This document shows positions 57,855-64,000 of a stretch of 64,000 nucleotides of DNA, in pieces (the first letter of the stretch is position 1; each line of letters opens with the position of its first letter). Location: the IMG/VR virus record IMGVR_UViG_3300033148_006706, positions 75,905-139,904 of that record; one strand, 5' to 3'. Under the pieces are notes generated by a model. The model was not told where the DNA came from, ran no database searches, and saw nothing but the letters and a program-made list of their open reading frames with translations. The position numbers were made by a program, and so were the translations under genes. The stretch comes from a virus.

Positions 57855-58082
57855 ATGAGTATAAGAGAAATTTTAAAAAAAGTAAAAAATGAGAGAAAAA
57901 AACAAATTGGTATGCTGGGTAATCGTAGGCGGACACTAATAAAGTGGGTGTCCATATTAGGTAAAGAGTATGGTAATGCTTGTGAGTTCGCTCTTGAATA
58001 TAATTGTGAAAAATATGAAAAGGCACTTATTAAAGTAATGGCAATAGCATTGATGTCTTTAAAAGATTTAACTTCATATTAA
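57855..58082 (+). CDS. Degenerate MazG-like (dNTP pyrophosphatase fold) protein
   Basis: V..ER..Q...W..IL..EYG...LIKV.A.A pattern, with acidic catalytic residues eroded. Confidence 0.45.
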   Translation: MSIREILKKVKNERKKQIGMLGNRRRTLIKWVSILGKEYGNACEFALEYNCEKYEKALIKVMAIALMSLKDLTSY

Positions 58083-58216
58083 TTAAAAAAAATAGGGGCC
58101 GATGTATGAGGGGCATCCTGTTAAGATATTCCCCTCTTATACAAACTTTGCCTCTTTATTTAATAAATTCAAAAAAAAAATATTAACAAAAATGCTTGAG
58201 AGTAAGGAGTAAATAG

Positions 58217-59119
58217 ATGAAAGACAAAATTATTAAAAGAATTATCAGGAAAAAGATAATAGATTGGGTAAAAAGTATAGAGGATGAAAAGTTAAGAGAA
58301 GATATATACCAGGATTGCATTGTTACTGGAGGGGCTATAGTCTCTTTGATGTTGAATGAAAAACCGAAAGATTATGATGTTTATTTTAAAACTAGAGAAA
58401 CAGTTAAAAAAGTAGCGAAGTATTATATAAAGAAATTCAATGAAAAAAAGAAGGGTAGTTTAGCGTTTCTCGAAGAAAGAGGGGATGATAAGAGATTATC
58501 TATACTAGTAGAGGATGAAGTCGTAGAAAATATTGTAGAAAGATCTGATGACATTCCCGAGGAAATTGTAGAAGATATTGTAGAGAGAGCTGATGACATT
58601 CCAGAAGAAGAGCTAGAGGGGGATGTAAAAGAAGAAAATGAAAAATATGTGCCTGTTTTTCTTTCGCCCAATGCTATTACATTATCTAATGGAATACAAG
58701 TAGTGATACGTTTTTATGGTACTCCGAGAGAAATACATAAAACTTTCGATTTCGTACACTGTACAGCTTGGTATCGTTATAGAGATAATAAACTCGATTA
58801 CACTAAGAAATGTATTCGTTCTATTTTAAACAAGGAACTTATTTATATAGGAAGTCAATATCCTATTTGTTCTGTTATGAGAACGAGAAAATTTATAAAA
58901 AGAGGGTGGAAAATTAATGCCGGGCAGTATTTGAAGATGTTATTCCAAGTAAGTGAACTAAATCTTAAAGATATAAATGTTCTTAAAGAACAGCTAATTG
59001 GTGTAGATACTACTTATTTCATGATGCTAATAAATGCATTAGAAAAGAAGATAGAAGATGATAATGCTTTTGAAGTTGACACTGAGTATATTTGTAGTAT
59101 TATAGACAAGATTTTTTAG
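58217..59119 (+). CDS. Phage nucleotidyltransferase-fold protein
   Basis: IVTGGAI...KDYDVYF (GG/DxD), FDFVHC. Confidence 0.7.
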   Translation: MKDKIIKRIIRKKIIDWVKSIEDEKLREDIYQDCIVTGGAIVSLMLNEKPKDYDVYFKTRETVKKVAKYYIKKFNEKKKGSLAFLEERGDDKRLSILVEDEVVENIVERSDDIPEEIVEDIVERADDIPEEELEGDVKEENEKYVPVFLSPNAITLSNGIQVVIRFYGTPREIHKTFDFVHCTAWYRYRDNKLDYTKKCIRSILNKELIYIGSQYPICSVMRTRKFIKRGWKINAGQYLKMLFQVSELNLKDINVLKEQLIGVDTTYFMMLINALEKKIEDDNAFEVDTEYICSIIDKIF

Positions 59120-59378
59120 GTTGATTTCGGGCCGTGATTGTAGGGTTATCTTGTTGCGGAGATTCCCCCTACAATATTTATTTGCCCTATTATTTTGGGA
59201 AATTGAGTGGGTTAGAGCTCGAGGTTTGTCATAAGTTAACAATTATTGACTTAGCTACCTCGGGCAGAACCTAATCCGTTATAAATTTACAGAGGGATGC
59301 TTGATGTAGTGGGGTTTGATATAGTAACCCCGCAAATAATGCATGATTTTATTCTACAATAAGATTGGAGGGCAGAAT

Positions 59379-59747
59379 ATGGAAATACGTTGTTATAAGT
59401 GTGAGAGTTGCGGTAAAGTAGTATATGATCTCTATGAAGAAGGGGGATGGATTTTTTGGGATGATAATGGATTTCGTATTACTTTTGGTCGACAAGACGA
59501 TGGTATTGCTAGATTGTTTAGATATATAAGTGATATAAAATTACAGAATAACCGTATTGACTTTTGTAGTATAAGCTGTATGTTGAAATTCTTATTTATA
59601 CAAGGGTCTCATTATAATCGTCCAGAAAGTATATCATTGACCTTTGAGGAGCAAAAATATAAAGAATTACTTGAGGATCTGATAGCATTTAGTAGTGAGC
59701 TTTTTAGCGATGGTATAGTAAAGAAAAAATGCTCAAGGAAAGAATAA
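59379..59747 (+). CDS. Zinc-binding hypothetical protein (start revised to MEIRC)
   Basis: CESC, FCSISC; GGAGG RBS. Confidence 0.55.
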   Translation: MEIRCYKCESCGKVVYDLYEEGGWIFWDDNGFRITFGRQDDGIARLFRYISDIKLQNNRIDFCSISCMLKFLFIQGSHYNRPESISLTFEEQKYKELLEDLIAFSSELFSDGIVKKKCSRKE

Positions 59748-59880
59748 AACTTTAAGTCTAAGAGATTTATGTTTTGTATCAAAATATTAGAAGAAATTTC
59801 AGATGATGTGAAAGAGACTTGTAATGATAATAAACAAAATTAATTATAGTATAATAACGGCAAAGGATTTATAATATTAG

Positions 59881-60936
59881 ATGATAAGAGATGACATAAT
59901 GAGTAATAATAGCCAATCCACATTGACTTTATTTCCTGAATTAGATGTGCCATGTAGTAAAAAGAAACACGATACCACAGAAAAACTTACACGATTGGAT
60001 TTAGATGGTACTTTAAAAGAAAAAGTACAGCCTTTTTGCCGACTTAAGTATAGTGAAATTTGGGAAGATCCGATAAAAGGGCATAGGGTGGGTGTATTAG
60101 ACGCAACAAATTATGAAGATGTAAAAAAAATAATGGGAGGCGAAAAGGCAGAGCTAATCGTCAATGATCCGCCATACAATGTCGTAGTTGGTAATAATAA
60201 TACCAAAAATCTTTTTAAGAAAACTTTAGCTGACTATATGATTTTTTCTCAAAAATGGACAAAGAATGCCACCGCTATTATGGCAGGAGACGCACATTTG
60301 TATATATGGCTTGGCGCCGACCAAAAAGATGGTTTTCAACCGCTACCAGATTTTATGATTATGATGAGAGAACTCAAAGAGCTAAAAGCTAGAAATTTTA
60401 TCACCTTGAGAAACCAAAGGGGATATGGAACGCAAAAAAATTGGATGTGGATAAGGCAAGAGTTGTTACATTATGTAAAAGGAAATCCTGAATTTAAAGT
60501 GGTGTATACTGATATACCGAAAGTATTAAAAGGATATTACAAAGTAATAAATGGTAAAAGAACTGAGAATATGGAGAGAAGTAAATCAGACACAATCAGG
60601 CCAGGAAATGTCTGGATAGATATTCAACAAGTATTTTACAGACTGGAAGAAAATGTCCCTGGTTGTTATGCTCAAAAACCTTTAAAAGCAATTGAAAGGA
60701 TTCTTTCAACAAGCTCAACTGAAAAAGGTATTGTGGTTGATTTCTTTGCTCATTCTGGGACTACTTTATTGGCAGGTGAAAGGCTAAATCGTAAGGTTTG
60801 TACTTTTGACAATGACCCAATTTTTGCAGAGCTTACTATTAGGAGATTAGAGCGGTACAGGAAAACAGGAAAGACAGGATGGCAATGGAATAATCCCTTT
60901 CCCGAGGTTGATGGAGAACAGCAGAGATGGATTTAG
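59881..60936 (+). CDS. Amino-DNA methyltransferase (N6-A/N4-C, beta class)
   Basis: DPPY precedes QKP and DFFAHSGTT. Confidence 0.9.
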   Translation: MIRDDIMSNNSQSTLTLFPELDVPCSKKKHDTTEKLTRLDLDGTLKEKVQPFCRLKYSEIWEDPIKGHRVGVLDATNYEDVKKIMGGEKAELIVNDPPYNVVVGNNNTKNLFKKTLADYMIFSQKWTKNATAIMAGDAHLYIWLGADQKDGFQPLPDFMIMMRELKELKARNFITLRNQRGYGTQKNWMWIRQELLHYVKGNPEFKVVYTDIPKVLKGYYKVINGKRTENMERSKSDTIRPGNVWIDIQQVFYRLEENVPGCYAQKPLKAIERILSTSSTEKGIVVDFFAHSGTTLLAGERLNRKVCTFDNDPIFAELTIRRLERYRKTGKTGWQWNNPFPEVDGEQQRWI

Positions 60937-61238
60937 GACAGTTAAAAGAATATGCAGTCAATTACAGTACAATACCAGAATACATGCAACTTAGTCTTAA
61001 GCGTTATATTGAAAATGGAATAAGACCTAGTGATTTTCTTTATGCCGTATTATGTAATGATCTCGTTGCAGCATATTTAAATGCTGACGATACAAATAGA
61101 AAGTATTTAGGCAATTATGCATGGTGGCTTATACAAAAATGCCCTATCGGTGCATGGGGGGACAAGAATACTGTTGAGAAGTGGATGGCTAATGGCGGTT
61201 TAGAAGGAATTGAAAAGGAAATTAAAAGTAATTTTTAA
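60927..61238 (+). CDS. Hypothetical phage protein, tandem paralog 1
   Basis: IPEYM..SL.RY.ENG..P.DFL.AVLCNDL...AWG. Confidence 0.7.
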   Translation: MDLGQLKEYAVNYSTIPEYMQLSLKRYIENGIRPSDFLYAVLCNDLVAAYLNADDTNRKYLGNYAWWLIQKCPIGAWGDKNTVEKWMANGGLEGIEKEIKSNF

Positions 61239-61310
61239 TATATTGATAGAAGTAATTGAGTATTAACTTCATTGGAGAAAAGGTTCAAACGTCTGTAGAA
61301 GGAGAAAAAA

Positions 61311-61640
61311 ATGGATAAGTATAATATTGATTATAGCTTAATACCGGAACACATGAGATCTAGCCTTCGGCACTATGTTGAAAATGGAACAAATCCAGGC
61401 GATTTTCTTTTCGCTGTGTTATGCAACGATCTTATTGCTGCATGTTTAAATGCTGACTACATAAGCAGGGAGAAATTAGTTAATTTTGCACGCTGGCTTA
61501 TACGGGAATGTCCTATTGGAGCATGGGGAAATAGAGATATAGTCAAACTCTGGGAAATTAATGGGGGGCTAGAGGGGATAAGGACGCAGTCAGGTTGTAT
61601 GAAATTAACGCAAAATTGGAAGGAAGTGAAAAAGAGTTGA
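61311..61640 (+). CDS. Hypothetical phage protein, tandem paralog 2
   Basis: Same motif set as 60927-61238. Confidence 0.7.
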   Translation: MDKYNIDYSLIPEHMRSSLRHYVENGTNPGDFLFAVLCNDLIAACLNADYISREKLVNFARWLIRECPIGAWGNRDIVKLWEINGGLEGIRTQSGCMKLTQNWKEVKKS

Positions 61641-61686
61641 AAACAAATTTCAGCTCGGTTGTTACAAAAGTATACAGAGAAAAATT

Positions 61687-62040
61687 ATGAAGAATTCTGA
61701 AACGAAAAAGAAGTTATTGTTTTCAGTTACTAAAAAGGATTTAGTCATTACGTGGTTTTCTGGGAAAGGGCCCGGAGGACAACATAGGAATAAACACCAA
61801 AATTGTTGTAGAATTAAACATCCGGACAGCGGAGCTCTTGTTGTTTGTCAAGAAGAGAGAAGCAGAAAGGCTAACTTACGAAAAGCTTTTATTAGGCTTG
61901 TAAACAATAAGAAATTTAGAAACTGGATAAGGATTCAAGCTTCAAGAGAATATTTAAAAGATATTGAGTTAGAAAAGGAAATTTGGAATAAGGTTGAAGA
62001 ATCTATGAAAGAAGAAAATTTAAAAATAGAGTATTTGTAA
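61687..62040 (+). CDS. GGQ peptidyl-tRNA hydrolase domain protein (RF-1/ArfB/PrfH-like)
   Basis: GPGGQHRNK, RIKHP.SG..V.CQEERS..NL..A. Confidence 0.85.
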   Translation: MKNSETKKKLLFSVTKKDLVITWFSGKGPGGQHRNKHQNCCRIKHPDSGALVVCQEERSRKANLRKAFIRLVNNKKFRNWIRIQASREYLKDIELEKEIWNKVEESMKEENLKIEYL

Positions 62041-62528
62041 AATTTAAGTAGAAGAGAATGAATGCCTTGGCTCCGTTGGAGAAGGGGCATAAATAGATAA
62101 ATAAAGTTGAGGGTATGGATGAGCAGCCGGTCGCTCTTGTGGCCGGCAATATTTTAATATAATATTTACTGAGGTTTGTAATGATAATTAATGTCGAAGT
62201 AATAACTATGCAGTTTCAACTGATAAAAGAAATAATTCGTTATGAAGATACTCTAGAAGAAACAAATACTCGAATATATGTTATTCACTATGTAGAGCAA
62301 CCTGCTGCACCATATACTGTGCCTAAAACGACAGGATAACATGCGGAGGTGCTGTTATTTATTGAATTTCTTTTTTGATTGGTTTAGTATTAATAATCAA
62401 TGTGATAAGATATCCCGGTTTTATTGGAGAAGGGGGATATTAACAGAAGTAAAGTTGAGAGTATGGATGAGCAACCAGTCATTTTCATAATTAGTAACAT
62501 TTTAAAAACTATGATAAAGGGGTGAATA

Positions 62529-63212
62529 ATGAATAATAAAATACCTTTGAGTTATTATGGTGGGAAGTATAGAATATCTGAGAATCTAATTAAATTATTT
62601 CCCCCTCACACAGCTTATTGTGAGCCTTTTTGTGGGGGAGCTTCTGTTTTCTGGTGTAAACCAAAAAGTAAAGTTGAAATATTAAACGATCATGATGAAC
62701 GTCTGATAGCACTTTACAGATGTATGCAAGAAAAATCTGAAGAATTTTTAAGAAGAATTGAATACACTCCTTATAGTGAATCTGAACATAAAAAAGCGAA
62801 TCAAATTTTAAAGAATCATAAACAATATACGCAAGTAGATGTTGCTTGGGCTGTTTTTGTAGGTATGAATCAAAGTTTTTCAGGTGTGGCAGGAGGGGGA
62901 TGGGGGAGAGATAAATGGACAACTACATCACCAGTAAGGTATTTAAATAAAAAAAAGGTATTACAGCAGTTTTTTAAAAGATTAGAAAAAGTTTATATTA
63001 GTTGTTGTGATGCTATCAAATGCTTGGATTATTGGGACTCTGAGGATACACTTTTTTATCTAGATCCGCCCTATCCAGGATCAGATCAAGGTCATTATTC
63101 TGGATATACTGTAGAAGATTTTAATAGACTGTGTGAAAGGCTGGATACAATTGAGGGATCGTTTTTATTATCCTGTTATGAAAGAAGTGCATTTAAAGAT
63201 AAAAACAGTTAA
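62529..63212 (+). CDS. D12-class (Dam-like) DNA adenine methyltransferase, copy 1; possibly frameshifted near the C-terminus
   Basis: YYGGK, EPFCGGA, LND, DPPY. Confidence 0.85.
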   Translation: MNNKIPLSYYGGKYRISENLIKLFPPHTAYCEPFCGGASVFWCKPKSKVEILNDHDERLIALYRCMQEKSEEFLRRIEYTPYSESEHKKANQILKNHKQYTQVDVAWAVFVGMNQSFSGVAGGGWGRDKWTTTSPVRYLNKKKVLQQFFKRLEKVYISCCDAIKCLDYWDSEDTLFYLDPPYPGSDQGHYSGYTVEDFNRLCERLDTIEGSFLLSCYERSAFKDKNS

Positions 63213-63331
63213 ATCGGCGTCACCAAATAAACATAAATGTAAAAGTATAGAAACTGTATATAGAAAAGTAAGTAAGAAGGTGATGGAGCAGGGGTTATTG
63301 TTTACATAAATTAATAGAGAGAAGGCGGTAG

Positions 63332-64000
63332 ATGAATAATAAAATACCTTTGAGTTATTATGGTGGGAAGTATAAAATATCTAAGAAACTAATTAAATTA
63401 TTTCCTCCTCATATAACTTATTGTGAGCCTTTTTGTGGCGGCGCTTCTGTTTTCTGGAATAAATCAAAAAGTAAAATTGAGGTGCTTAACGATCATGATG
63501 AACGTCTGATAATTTTTTATAGATGTCTACAAGAAGGTTCTGAGGAGTTTTTAAGAAAAATTGAATATACTCCTTATAGTGAATCTGAACATAAAAAAGC
63601 GAATCAAATTTTAAAGAATCATAAACAATATACGCAAGTAGATGTGGCTTGGGCTGTTTTTGTAGGTATAAATCAAAGTTTCTCAGGTTTAGCAGGAGGG
63701 ACATGGGGGAGAAGGATGAAAAGTGAATGTGGTACGTTAAATTTCTTAAATAAAAAAAAGGTATTACAACAGTTTTTTAAAAGATTAGAAAAAGTTTATA
63801 TTAGTTGTTGTGATGCTATCAAATGCTTGGATTATTGGGACTCTGAGGATACACTTTTTTATCTAGACCCGCCTTATCCGGAAGCGGATCAAGGTCATTA
63901 TTCTGGATATACTGTAGAAGATTTTAATAGACTGTGTGAAAGGCTGGATACAATTGAGGGATCGTTTTTATTATCCTGTTATGAAAGAAGTGCATTTAAA
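63332..64000 (+). CDS. D12-class (Dam-like) DNA adenine methyltransferase, copy 2 (runs off the window end)
   Basis: Open frame from ATG 63332, near-identical to copy 1, DPPY present. Confidence 0.85.
   Translation, partial: MNNKIPLSYYGGKYKISKKLIKLFPPHITYCEPFCGGASVFWNKSKSKIEVLNDHDERLIIFYRCLQEGSEEFLRKIEYTPYSESEHKKANQILKNHKQYTQVDVAWAVFVGINQSFSGLAGGTWGRRMKSECGTLNFLNKKKVLQQFFKRLEKVYISCCDAIKCLDYWDSEDTLFYLDPPYPEADQGHYSGYTVEDFNRLCERLDTIEGSFLLSCYERSAFK

Noticed and set aside
62115-62150. Hammerhead ribozyme at GATGAG plus hairpin
   Set aside because: Lacks the CUGAUGA and GAAA core.
1-64000. Alternative genetic code, suggested by the release-factor-like gene
   Set aside because: Long conserved genes are intact in the standard code and end in TAA, TAG and TGA; the GGQ protein lacks stop-codon recognition domains.
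62529-64000. Diversity-generating retroelement TR/VR pair
   Set aside because: Differences are not adenine-specific and no reverse transcriptase is present in the window.
1-64000. Host assignment (e.g. a spirochaete)
   Set aside because: Only impressionistic similarity; it needs protein best-hit or CRISPR-spacer searches that I cannot run.

Overview
AT-rich segment of a large tailed dsDNA bacteriophage genome. It reads in the standard genetic code, and I found no host housekeeping genes, rRNA or CRISPR. Left to right: (1) 1-4.6 kb, + strand: the end of a tail-fibre-like gene and a lysis-like module (class-3 lipase, M23 peptidase, holin-like proteins). (2) 4.6-47.7 kb, - strand: DnaG primase, DnaX clamp loader, rIIA/rIIB and thymidylate kinase; a ~12-kb glycan-modification locus (NeuB, NeuA, five sialyltransferase-like genes carrying eight domains, GT2/GT8/GT-B enzymes, sulfotransferase, methyltransferase, and a UDP-glucose dehydrogenase broken by a naturally split intein); M23 and SLT muralytic enzymes, a sigma-like factor and a VWA protein; an early/accessory cluster of small genes under a consensus sigma70 promoter, punctuated by repeated tRNA-like elements; then family A DNA polymerase, DHH nuclease, UDG, SNF2 helicase, 5'-3' exonuclease, metallophosphoesterase and beta-clamp. 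(3) 47.8-64 kb, + strand: an HTH protein with a candidate origin, an SSB-like protein, HNH proteins, RecA, class II RNR, a nucleotidyltransferase, three DNA methyltransferases and a GGQ peptidyl-tRNA hydrolase. The most striking observations are the covarying anticodon-less tRNA-mimic plus hairpin repeats between early genes, the split intein at the catalytic Cys of UDP-glucose dehydrogenase, and a phage-borne nonulosonic-acid activation and transfer pathway. All calls rest on motif recognition by eye; no database searches or folding programs were run.
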